Source of the DNA: Octopus bimaculoides
Lineage: Eukaryota
Assembly: GCF_001194135.2 (NCBI RefSeq)
Contig: NC_068986.1
Coordinates: 6,295,260-6,359,259, forward strand
Length of the DNA: 64,000 nucleotides
Direction of reading: 5' to 3'
Part shown: one piece after another, positions 23,270 through 37,326 of the stretch
How the letters are laid out: the number at the start of each line of letters is the position of its first letter
Numbering within the stretch: position 1 is the stretch's first letter
Position numbers and translations under genes: made by a program
The notes under the pieces: generated by a model
What the model was told of the DNA's origin: nothing
Databases searched by the model: none
What the model saw: only the letters and a program-made list of their open reading frames with translations

Positions 23270-23350
23270 CATCCTGATGAAGGGAGTGTCAGTTTTAAAA
23301 ATATGAAATATATCATGTTACTTGGCACGTCTTTGAAACGGTCGTAGATG
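23270..23350 (+). ncRNA. Type I hammerhead ribozyme motif (family iii) with extended stem II
   Basis: CAUC-CUGAUGA-[stem II ~12 bp plus long loop]-GAAAC-GGUC-GUA-GAUG; all core nucleotides present, stem I CAUC/GAUG. Confidence 0.65.
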
Positions 23351-23734
23351 GAATTTTTTAAAATTTTTGTTATATTTTCGTGGTATTTTAGTACGTCCTT
23401 TTAATGTTTTATCCTCTCAAATTTTTATTACACCAATGTATCGTAACTTTTAAATGTAAAACTCACTGTGTTTTATGTATCATATCGTTATTTATTTATA
23501 TGTATTTTTATATTTATATATTTTGAATCTTTAGATCAGTTTTATAAATGTAGAAGAAGATATATATATATATTTGATTTTGTGTGTGGTCATTATGTTC
23601 CTCTAGTTTCCGCTTGCATTGCCTCCGTTCAGATTATTAAACGGAATATAGCTCACTTGGAGCACTACAACTCCAGTCTATATTTTATTTGCGAGTATTG
23701 TTAATATTAGCAATCTCAAAATAAAGCAGTGTAT

Positions 23735-23766
<32 letters not shown>

Positions 23767-23774
23767 CATACGCG

Positions 23775-23805
<31 letters not shown>

Positions 23806-24217
23806 AAATGCCCTTTGATTAATTTTAATACTTCAGTTATTTAATGCATTTTTGAGGCCTGCAATCGCCTATATTATTGATTCTGTTACTATCATTTTTT
23901 TTAAATAGTCATACCAGATAATTACAAAATTAGTNNNNNNNNNNNNNNNNNNNNNNNNNNNNNNNNNNNNNNNNNNNNNNNNNNNNNNNNNNNNNNNNNN
24001 NNNNNNNNNNNNNNNNNNNNNNNNNNNNNNNNNNNNNNNNNNNNNNNNNNNNNNNNNNNNNNNNNNNNNNNNNNNNNNNNNNNNNNNNNNNNNNNNNNNN
24101 NNNNNNNNNNNNNNNNNNNNNNNNNNNNNNNNNNNNNNNNNNNNNNTATATATATATATATATATACATACATACACGAGGGGTGTATGAAAAGTCTTGA
24201 GCCTCAAAAAAAAGTGT

Positions 24218-24365
24218 TCAGTTTCCGTCTTCTATATCCACTCACAAGGCTTTGGTTGGCCTGAGGCCATAGTAGAAGACACTTGCCTAAGGTGCCATGC
24301 AGTGGGACTAAACCCGGAACCATGTGGTTGGTAAATAAGCTACTTACCACACAGCCACTCCTGGT
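24218..24365 (-). mobile_element. SINE family A, 5' half
   Basis: Same head as 1632-1798; an older copy follows at 24455-24600. Confidence 0.8.
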
Positions 24366-24412
24366 GTATATATAAATATACAAACATATATATATACAAA
24401 TACATACATACA

Positions 24413-24453
<41 letters not shown>

Positions 24454-25333
24454 ATAGATATATGATGGGCTTCTCTCAGTTTCTGTCTACCAAATCTTCT
24501 TGCAGAGCTTTGTGTTTCTCACAAGACACTTGTCTAAGGTGCTATGCAATGAGACTGAACCCAAAGTCATGTGGTTGGGAAGCAAACTTCATAATGACAC
24601 ATGAAATCTTTTCCCTTTTCTTCCCCTCACCTCCTTAAATTTTTTTTTTTTTTTTTTTTGCTTTATATAAGTTATTCTTTTTAAGCAGGGCTGCAATCAA
24701 AAAGCGAACTACCGAGTTGATGTTGGAATGACCCCAATATATTTGACAAGGAAGTAAACACTAGGAAACTGTGGAAAAAATTATTGCTCTCTAAACAAGG
24801 ACCTTTTCAATATTTGTTTTCAACTGAGTTACACCCACTTCCTTATTATACTCTCATCACAAATACAATGAATCCCAGTGACTGGGCCACTGAAAACCTT
24901 TAAGAAATGATTCTGTTATTCAGTAATATCGATATAAAATAAAACTAAATGAATAATTAGTTCTACAATTTCTAAGAAATAACAATAATGGTAATTCTAA
25001 TTTGTTTTAAGCCTAATAACTAATTATATACAAAACTCATTAGGTACTAAATTCCAGCTTTCTCTCCAACTACACACGCACACACGCTTGTCTCTGAAGA
25101 AACTTTTTGTTTATCATTTATTTACATATTATTTAATATTGTGAAATTGCCTTATGAAATAAGATAAACTTAATCTACCTCATAGATAAAAAAAAAGGAT
25201 AAACTTTACATTCAAGAAGATGTTTTTTGTTGTTGTTATTGTTAGTTTGACATAGCTTTCTTTGAGTAAATGAGCAAAGTGAATGTTCAGCTGCTTACTA
25301 GAACTAAATTTGTTCTCTCCTTCTCTTTGTCTC

Positions 25334-25380
<47 letters not shown>

Positions 25381-25607
25381 TGAAGTCTAAAAACTTATGC
25401 CATGATAACATCTTTTCATTGAATGCCAAACTTTGCTCCCTCTTCTCTGCCTCACCTCACCACACACAACCACACTGTTCCTGCTCAAGATGATTCTCTT
25501 GCAGCACTCTAAGCTGGAATAGCTTTAACAGAAGCATTTTTCTACATTATAAATAATGGCAAGGAAAGAATATAGACATTACTATTATTAGTTACGTTCT
25601 CTAATTC

Positions 25608-26050
25608 ATCATCATCATCATCGTTTAACGTCCGCTTTCCATGCTAGCATGGGTTGGACGACTTGACTGAGGACTGGTGAAACCGGATGGCAACACCAGG
25701 CTCCAATCTAAATTTGGCAGAGTTTCTACAGCTGGATGCCCTTCCTAACGCCAACCACTCAGAGAGTGTAGTAGGTGCTTTTACGTGTCACCTGCACGAA
25801 GACCAGTCAGGCGATACTGGCAACGGCCACGCTCGAAATGGTGTCTTTTATGTGCCACCCGCACAAGCCAGTCCAGGGGCACTAGCAACGATCTCGCTCT
25901 AAAATCCTACGGAGACCAGTCAGGCGGTACTGGCAACGGCCACGCTCAAAATGGTGCATCTTATGTGCCACCCGCACAAGAGCCAGTCCAGGGGCACTGG
26001 CAACGATCTTACTTGGCTTGCCGGGTCTTCTCACGCATAGCACATTTCCA
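25608..26050 (-). mobile_element. RTE-clade LINE 3' end (family B), young copy
   Basis: Near-identical to 39566-39894 and 58978-59390; includes ...REKTRQAK* ORF end. Confidence 0.85.
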
Positions 26051-26264
26051 ATTGTTCATTTTAAAACAAATGAGTGCAAACTATGTGATCTTAGGTTCTT
26101 CACATAGCATTATCTCACATTAATGTTGACAGTTGCGACATCGACAAAAGCACAGCTATAAGACTAGCATTAGATTCTCAACAGAATAAATAGACTTGGG
26201 TGCATTGTTTAACAATACACAACAGGATAAAAAGTTTTGGCTCATAAAAGGCAATTTTCTCACT

Positions 26265-26299
<35 letters not shown>

Positions 26300-26301
<2 letters not shown>

Positions 26302-26998
26302 GTTCCAGAAATTCTGAACCTTTTCTGGACTGAATAGTGACTGGTGACAAGAAATGGGTTCCCTATAAAAATGTCAAGTGCCAATGACAGTGGGTAAGGA
26401 AAGTAGAAACACCAGCACCCCAGGCTAAAGAAGGCCTTCACCCATGTAAGGTGGTGTTATCTGTTTGGTGGGATACGAAAGGTTTAGTCCACTTTGACCT
26501 TTTAAATCCAAACCAAACAATAACAAAGGAAATCTACTGCGAGCAGCTTGAGTGGCTTCAATCAGTGCCAGAAGAAAGACAACAATCTTTGGTTTCAAGA
26601 CGAAAGGTGTTCTTCCATCAGGATAATGCTCGGCCACATACAGCAAGGATGACATTCCAGAGGCTAGAGCATTTTGAATGGGAAATGATACCCCACCCAC
26701 CATATTTGCCGGACATTGTCCAATTCGATTATCATTTATTCTGCAGTCTTCAAAATCATTTAGACACAAAGAATATGAATTCTGCAGATGTGGTCAGTAC
26801 AGTACTGGAGGAGTATTTTTCATTACGGACAAGTGAGTTTTGGAAGAGGGACTTTGCAAGTCTACCAGATAGATGGAAGAGCATTGCAGAAAATGAAGAA
26901 GAGTACATTTTAGATTAAAAAAGAACTTTGTTTATCTTAATTTTGAAAATAACAGAGGTATAAAAAAAAAACCATGTTATTTATGGGTTGACTCAATA
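26300..26998 (+). mobile_element. mariner (DD34D) transposase 3' half with right TIR
   Basis: EPFLD*IVTGDKKWV, VVLSVWWDTKG, FHQDNARPH, HPPYLPDIVQFDYHLF; 34 residues counted between D2 and D3. Confidence 0.93.
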
Positions 26999-27914
26999 CA
27001 ATGGTAAAACATACTTACACACAAAAACAAACACAACACATACACACTTATGTTTTACTAACACATTTTGTGAATTTGTTGTTGTTGCTGCTGCTTGTTT
27101 TCAATTATTGTTGCCAAACTGTGTCATTAGGGGGATACACTCTGCATGAAAACATTATAATAAAATTGATGTGAATGTACATAAGGTAGTGAAGGGAAAG
27201 GATTATTAGTTTAATAATTAATTCTGGTCAAGAGAGACAGGGGAGACAACTCTGGTATCTAAACTATACTTCACTGAGGAGGTTGATTAAGATGGAAACA
27301 CGTCCAGAGTTGTCAAAGAGGAGACCTACTCTCCTCTACATTGTCCACTTATTGCTTTTAATTAATTCAAAATTATGGCCTCTCCACCCCCACCTCCACT
27401 CCTCCTGTCTTACGTTAGCAACAAGCAATGTGCATTAGACCTCAAATGATAAATACTGAACTTTGAAATTCACATTCAGTTTGTGTCCTTGGTATTACAG
27501 AATAGCTATTGACATATTCTAAAGATGTCAAAACTTGTTACATAGAAACGTTTGACATGGTTTTAAAACATATGCCAATCATTTTGCAGGTTATTATGTC
27601 TTATAGAAATATACTACCTTTTGTTTTCTGGTTTCTTGAGAGTAAAACTGATTTGAGATAAGTATACAATAGAAATCAATAGGGACCATTGTGAGTGGAC
27701 AGCTGTATAATATATCACTAATATGACTTTTCTATAATAGCATGTAGTTTTCGCTTCTATATTCTGTGTGGTTTTCTTCCAGCTACTTGCAAGACAAAAG
27801 TAAGAGTTCCCTGATGGGTCTTAAGAAAGGTGAATCTAGTTGGTTCAGTCCTTGGTTCAAGCTGCCAAAAGGCCCATAATTAAATTATGAGACATAACTT
27901 CTCAGAGAAATTAA

Positions 27915-27952
<38 letters not shown>

Positions 27953-28553
27953 AAGCCATATTTGCTTAATAGCAGCAAAGAAAATGGAGAGTTGAAAGTT
28001 AATAATTATTTATTAATAAAATGATACTTCATACATCCTACAGCTGTTTCAATTGTGCTTATTAAATAAATTACAAATTTATGGTCTAAATTTGCCTTTA
28101 TAAGGTATAAAAACAATATCAGGGAAAAAAACATACAATAAAAGATTACATGTTGACCTCTTAGTTCATACTGGCAGACTAAGTATATGGAATTATTTTA
28201 TTTTTATTTATGTGTGTGTGTGTGAGGGATAATGGATTAATTTGAATATAATAAGAAATAAAGTAATATAATAAGGTCGAATAAAAAAAAGTAATATAAA
28301 AAGTAAGGTATAAGATATCAAATAAATAAAATAAAAATTAAAATAAAGTAAATGAATAAATAAAAGTAGAACAAAAATAAAATAAGAAAAAATAGAATAG
28401 CCTCTATATATTAATCTGTGCCCATTTGTTGGAAAAATTTTAATTAGTTCACATGTGGTTAAGCATGTCAGAAAATATCAAATCATAACAGTTTGACAAT
28501 ATACATGTGTGTGGAATTATATGGTAATAAAAGACTCAAAGTAGAAATCCCAT

Positions 28554-28612
<59 letters not shown>

Positions 28613-29261
28613 TGCTCATATACACACACACATATATACATATCTATATACATACCCATGTATACACACACATGCATATACATTAATGTGTATATAAATG
28701 CACAGATATGCAAATACATGCTCATCGGTATGTACATGAGGCATACAATCATACACATATAACTTTCAATTTGGTAGTATTTATTTATATTCAGGTGTGA
28801 TTTAATTAATGCTTCTATGAAATACATTTACATAAAATGATAAGCATAGGTATTTATCTACCATATAATCAGCACGATGAATCTATATTGTTTGTTTACA
28901 TTCTAGATGGATAGAAATCTTGTGCATTATGTCATCATAAATGTGGTTTATTGAAAGAATTTCGAGATATTATCAATATATGGGAATTTAGTTCATCTGT
29001 ATTATTTAATTAATAAGTATTGTTAATTATAGCTTAATATTAATATTAACGTTAGATAATAGGCCAAAAATATTATGTATTGTAACATAAATGTTACAAA
29101 TATTCAGTTAGGTATAAATGTAGAAAGACTAGTGTGTTAGTTATAGATATGAGTTTGTTATGTTATGTCATCTCAATTATGTTGATATAAATAGTTACAA
29201 TATCTAATCAATACGTGATGATTAAGTTAATCTCAGTAAAATAATTAATAATTATTATTAA

Positions 29262-29478
29262 CTATTCTTTTCTTTTATTCTTTTACTTGTTTCAGTCATT
29301 TGACTGCGGCCATGCTGGAGCACCACCTTTAGTCGAGCAAATCGACCCCGGGACTTATTCTTTGTAAGCCTAGTACTTATTCTATCGGATTCTTTTGCCG
29401 AACCGCTAAGTGACGGGGACATAAACACACCAGCATCGGTTGTCAAGCAATGCTAGGGGGACAAACACAGACACACAA

Positions 29479-29527
<49 letters not shown>

Positions 29528-29672
29528 TACGACGAGCTTCTTTCAGTTTCCGTCTACCAAATCCACTCACAAGGCTTTGGTCAGCCCGAGGCTATAGTAG
29601 AAGACACTTGCCCAAGATGCCACGCAGTGGGACTGAACCCGGAACCATGTGGTTGGTAAGCAAGCTACTTAC
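29262..29672 (-). mobile_element. SINE family A, near full length, young
   Basis: CpGs retained; head, central (TA)/(CA) tract and tail intact apart from ~25 nt of 5' truncation. Confidence 0.9.
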
Positions 29673-30292
29673 CGAATATATTATGTATCATAAATGGTGT
29701 AATCAATAATAGTTATCTCAATAATTTTTTGTCGATATAATTATGAGATATTTTTAATAACTCTAGTCTGTTATATCAATAGGTAATATGTCTTCTAAAT
29801 GTTAGGAGATATTATATGAATAGTATATTATATAGTTTAGTATTACCCTATGTTATGAGTATAAAGTTTAATTATACTTAGAGAAAACATATTTCGCTGA
29901 ATGAAGACATATTAGATTTTTTTCTCTTTTCTTTAATTAAGTAATTTTTTTCTAGATATAAGGATTCTATATGCTTCTTCAGTACACAACTCACATCTTT
30001 TGTTGGAGATTTTATATGATTGTGCAATAAGCACAATTGAAACAACTGCAAGATGCATGAAGTATCATTTTATTAATAAATAATTATTAGCTTTCAACTC
30101 ACCATTTTCTTTTCTGCTATTAAGCGAATATGGATTATATGCATAATATATACCTACTGATTTAGGGAAATTTTATTTTCCAAAAATATATTTGGTATAG
30201 AACTAGTGTCTTCATGGATGTAATCATCCCTTTATGAAGTTAATATATCCTCTATTTAACTTATATATAAGTTAATTAGAGGATATATTTAA

Positions 30293-30500
30293 CTGGCAGA
30301 ATCATTAGCACGCTAGGCGAATGCTTAGCGGTATTTCGTCTGCTGCTACGTTCTGAGTTCAAATTCCGTCGAGGTCGACTTTGCCTTTCATCCTTTCGGG
30401 GTTGATTAAATAAGTACTAGTTACACACTGAGGTCGATGTAATCGACTTAATCCCTTTGTTTGTCCCTTCTATGTTTAGCCCTTTGTGAGCAATAAAGAA
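30293..30500 (+). mobile_element. SINE family C, near full length
   Basis: ctggcagaatcattagc head, gttctgagttcaaattcc B-box, tail tatgtttagccctttgtgagcaataaagaa. Confidence 0.88.
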
Positions 30501-30582
30501 TTGTATATATATAAATATATATATAAATTCCTCTATTTGCATAATATCAAGGTCTCTTTCTTTCTTTTGTTGTCCTTCCTGT

Positions 30583-30620
<38 letters not shown>

Positions 30621-30918
30621 NNNNNNNNNNNNNNNNNNNNNNNNNNNNNNNNNNNNNNNNNNNNNNNNNNNNNNNNNNNNNNNNNNNNNNNNNNNNNNNN
30701 NNNNNNNNNNNNNNNNNNNNNNNNNNNNNNNNNNNNNNNNNNNNNNNNNNNNNNNNNNNNNNNNNNNNNNNNNNNNNNNNNNNNNNNNNNNNNNNNNNNN
30801 NNNNNNNNNNNNNNNNNNNNNNNNNNNNNNNNNNNNNNNNNNNNNNNNNNNNNNNNNNNNNNNNNNNNNNNNNNNNNNNNNNNNNNNNNNNNNNNNNNNN
30901 NNNNNNNNNNNNNNNNNN

Positions 30919-31090
30919 GGGGGGCAGTCAATTAGATCGACTCCCAGTATGCAACTGGTATTTAATTTACCGACTCCGAAAGGATGAACGGCAAAGTCAA
31001 ACTCGGCGGAATTTGAACTTAAAACATAAAGACAGACAAAATACCGCTCAGCATTTCGCCAGGTGTGCTAACGTTTCTGCCAGCTCACTT
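30919..31090 (-). mobile_element. SINE family C variant
   Basis: Same head and body as 62877-63110. Confidence 0.8.
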
Positions 31091-34000
31091 GTCTTAAGAG
31101 AAATATTAATAGCATTATTGTCATCTGTCTAGAATGGTCTACAAATGCCATGAGCACCTCCCCTTCCTCCACACCAAGCAAGTAAAATAAAGCTATGTAG
31201 TAGTAGTAGTAGTAGCAGCAGCAGCAGCAGCAGTAGTTGTTGTAGTGAGAGTAGCAGGAAGAGGAGTATACTCATATGATATCCAGTCCTGTTAGTTGAT
31301 TTGCACACAGCAATACATGTTAAATAAATACTTATTAGTTACTCAATGCTGCTGTTATATAATTAATTACTATATGATTAACAGGTATAATTAACTCTAT
31401 AATTAGTGAGTGGTTATATACACAAAAATTACTATTTATAACTTGATGGACTGAATTGTTTCTGAATTATCTTGTCCTTGGGCCAAATACTTGCATACAA
31501 ACCTTTTACATCATCATCATTGTCATCGTCATCATCATCATCATCATTATAATTATCATCATTATTTTAACATCCACTTTTGCATTCTTGCATGGCTCAA
31601 CCGAAATTTGTCCGGGCTGATTTTCTGTGACTAGACTCTCTTCTTGTCACCAGCCTCATCTGTTTCTAGGCTCGGAAATATTTTTCTGGGTCTTTTGAAC
31701 ATGAGCAGCACAATGGCCAGGTATGTTTTTCATCGAAGATTATAAATGAACACTGTCACTTTGTTTGTTGTCGCAGCTGGATTCATGCTACTTCCCCCCA
31801 GATACTCCTGTCCCACTCATCCCTCCCCTTCCCATTACTTTTGCTGTGTCCAGTCTACTTAGGTACCTCATTATTCATTACACTGAATCATTCTTGCCTA
31901 GAATATCGGACTCTGAAATTTCTACTTCATTTAAGATACAGCCAATAATTTTGATGTACTTAGAAAGTAAATTGATTTGAGACTACGAATTGAAAACAAA
32001 GCAGCTACGCCATTTTAACCATCTAAACACACAAAAATCTACAATGTTCATTTTATACTGACAAATAAAGAAATCCAAGCATTAATACATAACCAATAGA
32101 AAGTCAAAAGATTCAATATAGTCAGACAAAACACTTAGATTTCTGACCTTACAAAATCTGTGTTTATGAATCCTTTGAGGCAATGTGCTCCTGCATGGCC
32201 ACAGTCCAATGACTGAAACAAGTGAAATAAAAGAATAATACAGAAATGTTAATTAGACACTTTTAGTCTCTTTGTGACTTTTAGGACACTCTATAGTTGT
32301 TGACTAACTTCTGTCAGGTTTTATTTTTGCTCTTTATATTCTGAGTTCAAATCCTGCCAAAATCAACTTTGCCTTTCATTCCTTTGAGGTTGATAAAAGA
32401 CAGTATTGTCAAGTACTGTGGTTGATGTAATCAACTAACCCATGTCCCCCTAAAAATAGCTAGTCTTGTGCTAAAATTTCAAATAATTATTTAATCTTGC
32501 AATAATTTTTATGAAAGTTGATTGAAAAGACTTCGAAATTCTGTATTGTTTAAATAAGGTTCATTGACCATTATTTTATCTGTATATGTTTTGTTGATAT
32601 TTCAATGCCTTGTTAAGTGTTCAGACTTCATCATCGATAAGACTTGATAATAATCTTAAATAACATTAACTTTATTGCACAATATATGATTGAAATATTA
32701 TATGTATTATGACAGTACAACTTGGCTAAGCTGACAGAGAGTTAGAGTGTTGGCCAACTGACCAAAGAACCAAAGATATACTGGCTATTACCAAGCACTA
32801 AGTAAATGCTCTAAATAAAGATTTAACTGGTAAGCAAAGATACAACTGTTGTTGTTGCTGTTAAGTTCTGATTAAACAGACCTAGGATCTGAAGTATCCA
32901 AGCATGACCACATCCAGTCTATTTTTAAGACAAATGCTATTTGAAGGAAATTTAGCTATTATTTCTAGTAAATCATTAGCCCTCATTCATAGAGGCATCT
33001 TCATTTACTTGATGAAGCACTATTGCAGTTTAGCTCCAGGGCAGCTCTGACAGTGCAGATTTATATCTACAGTTCTGCCAGCCATGATCATCATATCTGT
33101 AAATATTTCAAGGGTTGCATTGCCCAATGTATCCTTTATCTCAGACAATAGAGTGTGTTCTGAGGTAGATGTGATTGTTATTTCTAATTGAGCAAGATAC
33201 TTTTTCATTGACTTGTCGATCTTACTATAGATATTATGACTTCGAGAAGCACTTTACAATATCAATTATACCAATTACATAATAATTAGTAAAAGTCAAA
33301 CAATTAACTCTGTTTGTCAAGAAGTTTATATCTGAGGTTCTGGAAAGTCTAGGACATTCTACATTCTCTTCTCTCTATCCATTTTTCATTTATATCTGAG
33401 CTTAATATATTTCATATTCTCTGTAAGTACTAATTATCAAGAAACACTGTAAATTAAGAAATGACTGAATATACAACCAAACCACATTGTACATAAGACA
33501 TGTGAGGTTTGATCAAAGAGTATTGGAACTGTTGCTATAAAAAGAAAACTACAGCACATATCAATTCAGCATTTAATCTCCTTCAAAGTAACTCCCTTTT
33601 GAAGCCACTCATGTTATCCAGTGTCGTTTCCATTGATAGAAGCATTCCTGGAACAAATGTGTTGCATGGGATGGGTGAGAATGGTATGCAGCCAGCTGAT
33701 TCAGAGGAACAGAGAATAATGTGATAGTGGTAGTAGTAGAAGAGACATACAGAGAGGAAACAGCACATCTGTGAACCAACAGTCGTGGTAGTGAGTTGAT
33801 GAGTGAAATTTTGCCAGTTAGTTGAGTGTACAATGGATATGTTCTAGGAAGTATGAAGCAGCAGCACCATCCCTTATATGTGAATGATACTCCAAGATGG
33901 GTTTTACTTGAACTTTTTTTCATATCAGTAACTGACCATGACCGATAGATTTACATATATCCTAGTCCTAAAGAAGAAACAGTTTTTGTAACGTCATATA

Positions 34001-34614
34001 TAAGGAGAGATCACCGTAATACTGATTTATTCAGATAGCTATTCAATATCTAGAATATGTTTTTTGTCAGTTTTATCTCTTTATTTAAAGTTTTAAAAGT
34101 GATGACAACTGACTGAGTTACACACCAAATTCTTTTCTTTTTATACTAGCTTCAGTCATTGGTCTCTGACTATGCAGGAGGTTCACCTTCAAACATTTTT
34201 TGTTGATTAAATCAACTCCATTACATTGTTTGGTGTAAAGTTTATCAGCCTTGTAGGGGAGGAACAACATAACGTAACCACAACAAAGCTGAGCCCCTGT
34301 GTGTAACTTTACCCTCCACCTGGGCTCCTGAGCGAAAAAAAAAATAGCTGCATATACAACTCAAGAGTAATGATTACAAGCAAACTAATGGACAAAATTG
34401 GCTGCATCTTCTTTTTCTAAGTGTGTTGTCCATTACCACTTTACCAGGAATCTGGCAGAGATGATGTTTAACCTATTCCTGCTACAGCAGTAATACGGCA
34501 TATCATGTTTAAGTGCAACCATTTAGCCATACATGCAGATAGCGAACTAATTCTCTCCTATTTCTGACTCATACATTTACTGATATATTTCAATAAACTA
34601 TAACACATATATAG

Positions 34615-34900
34615 TGAAGGAGCATGGCTTAGTGGTTTGGGTATTTGGCTTATGAATGTAAAGTTGTGAGTTCAATTCCCGGTGACATGTTGTGTCCTTG
34701 AGCATTGCCCCAGTCCATTCAGCTGACAAAAATGAGAAGTACCTGTATTTCAAAGGGTCAGCCACATCATGCTCTGTGTCACGCTGAATCTCCCTGAGAA
34801 TTACATTAAGGATACACATGTCTGTGGAGTGCTCAGCCAGATACACATTAATTTCACCAGCAGACTGTTCCATTGATCGGATCAACTGGAACCCTTGTCA
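34615..34900 (+). mobile_element. SINE family G-type head and Meta/MESC-like core with a different tail
   Basis: gcatggcttagtggtt...gagttcaattccc; ccagtccattcagctgacaaaaatgag. Confidence 0.65.
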
Positions 34901-36762
34901 TCACAATGCATCCCTGCTGTTTTCTGACTCTCAGCCTACTCCATTATAATCTTACTCTCTTACATACAGTGTATTGATCATATTTGGCTTTATACAATTA
35001 TAGCAAACTTTACACATCTGCATATTACTAACTTGGTGATTATTTTTGTACCCAAATTAGCAACAAGCTTATTCCTGTATTTACCAGTATTATCACAATC
35101 TTTATTAATGTTTATCACTTATCTGTTCATTTTATATATCCTGCCATACCTTTCTCATTCCTGTTAGTTTTTTTTATCACAATCATCTTAAACGTATATT
35201 CCATTAGTCATCTTAATTACATTATTATGAACCTCTTCAATTCATGACATTGTGAAATGTTTAACCTTATATACTGGGAACCCAATAATTTCCTTTCCTG
35301 AAATATTTTAATCATTTGTTTTATATTTTAAACCGTATCATAAACTTTGTATTTTCAATTTAATCATTTTAATTATCTTAATTATTCCTGATAATACTAA
35401 ATTATTTTAGTCGTTTAAAACATTTTAACTAGTTTTAAAACTTGAACATAATTTTACAAAAACTATCCTAGAAAAAGAACGCAGCGTAAATAACGGACAG
35501 TCAAGACTATTGAAAAGGTTGCAAGACACAACGAAATTTTAGGAAAAGAAAAAGAAAAATAAGTGGAAATGTTACCAGTGAGTGTGTTAAATTTTTGAGG
35601 CACAATAAGAAAATGACTCTCCCCAGACACAACAGAATATCCTAGAAACATTCTCTGAATCATTTCAAGTATATTAATTAAAACCTACCTAGTTAACTGT
35701 TGTAGAGTGTTACACACACACCTCCCCTCCTTCCATTCTTCTCCCAATGACATATTCCTCCTCCTGTCATTTTTCTTTCCTTTCCTCTTCTCCTCTTTTT
35801 CATCCACATCCCCATTTCCCCCCTTCCACCAAATCATCCTTCTTTCTCCGTGCCCTCCCCCTTACTCTTGTTCACCCTTCACACATGTGTGCCCCTGTTT
35901 CCTCTATCAGTATATCTCCCATTATCTCGCCATCCTTTCTTACCCATGTCACTCTTTAATCTAATGCCTCTCTCCTGTTTTCTCTTCACATTACCTTCCA
36001 CTTTCCTCATTTTTCCATTTCCTTATCTTCTTTACTTTCACTTCTATCCTAGATTTACTTGTCCTTCTTTCTCCCTTCTCCATCTCTGTTTCTGTCACTG
36101 TCCAGCTCTCTGTCATTTCATCAAATGTACTCATCTACATTCATTTAGTAACTGATCCTTTTTCTTCTTTTGCACTCTGTTTTTCTCTCCACTGTTTTGT
36201 CTCCTTTCAGGTGTGTGTGTGTGTGTAACTTTTTTTCTCTGTGAAGACACACAATTGTTGAAATGTGTTGGCTATGTTGTAAAAACACTTGAGCCCTTAA
36301 TTAGAAGAATCACACCAGCTGCCTAGCTAACCAGTCGCAAAAAATTATCTGTGCTTTGCTACCTGCTATTTTCTATATCCTTTAGGATTTCTTCTAAGTG
36401 TTACTCACCATTCTTGTCTTTTTGGCCCTAAGGCTGTATTCTGCTTGTTTCATTTCTATTTCATCTTTGTCCATCATCTTAAATTTTTTTAACATTTTTT
36501 TTTACTTTTGTATGTCCACTCTGTGTTGTTTTGTTTGCTCAAGGCACCACATTCTCTGTGGCTTTCATGGGCATCACCAGTATGGGAAGTTTTCAGTCTT
36601 ATCGTTAATGGTGTGAAACTGAGTATTACTATTTTGGTTGATAACCGATGAAGAATTAGGGACCTTCTGTATCTGTCTCCCATCTGGTTGTACACTCAGT
36701 ATATGTAAACATTTTAATGTTGTTTTTACAATGCATTTTTTTCATTTATATATATGTATATA

Positions 36763-37326
36763 CAGACATGCAGGAAGTAAATAGACACCTTTAATTTTCA
36801 AAATTTCTGATCTAAGCATCTTAATATGTTTTCAGCGGTGTAAAATTTACAATGTAATTATTCTTTTTCTTTCCAGGTGCCATTATATTAAACATTTGTG
36901 AAGAGTAACCATGCCACACAAAAAATTCAGCTGAACTGTCAGATTTTCAAAGAGGTCGTATTGTTGGGCAATCTGAGGCTGGTCTTAGCCAGCGAAAAAT
37001 TGCTGAAAATGTTCAAATTCCTCTTGCTACTGTTAATAGAATTATAATGCAATTCAAAAGTCAAGGAAAAGAATCAACAGATTCTTGTCCCGGCCGACCT
37101 GGGCTTTCAGAAAGAAAGCTTTGCTGTTTGAAGAGAAATGTGGAAAACAAACCCTGTTTGAAAGCTTCTGACATTGCAAGACAGCTAGAAGTTAGTCCAA
37201 GAATGTATGTTACATATCTGCATAAATTTGGTTATTATGGACGAGCAGCTAGAAGAAAACCTCTCCTTCAACCAATTAATATCAAATAAAAGATTTTGAA
37301 AATTAAAGGTGTCTATTTACTTCTTG

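Noticed and set aside
20470-23350. DIRS/Ngaro tyrosine-recombinase retrotransposon as the explanation of the inverted repeats
   Set aside because: No RT/RNase H or tyrosine recombinase motifs; the AATAAA-terminated ends and ORF1 type fit non-LTR elements better. Not fully excluded.
27247-27314. 11-bp inverted repeat gacaactctgg/ccagagttgtc
   Set aside because: Too short, with no TSD; could be chance.
33020-33923. Several 60-100 aa ORFs on both strands in unique sequence
   Set aside because: No motifs or convincing splice pairs.
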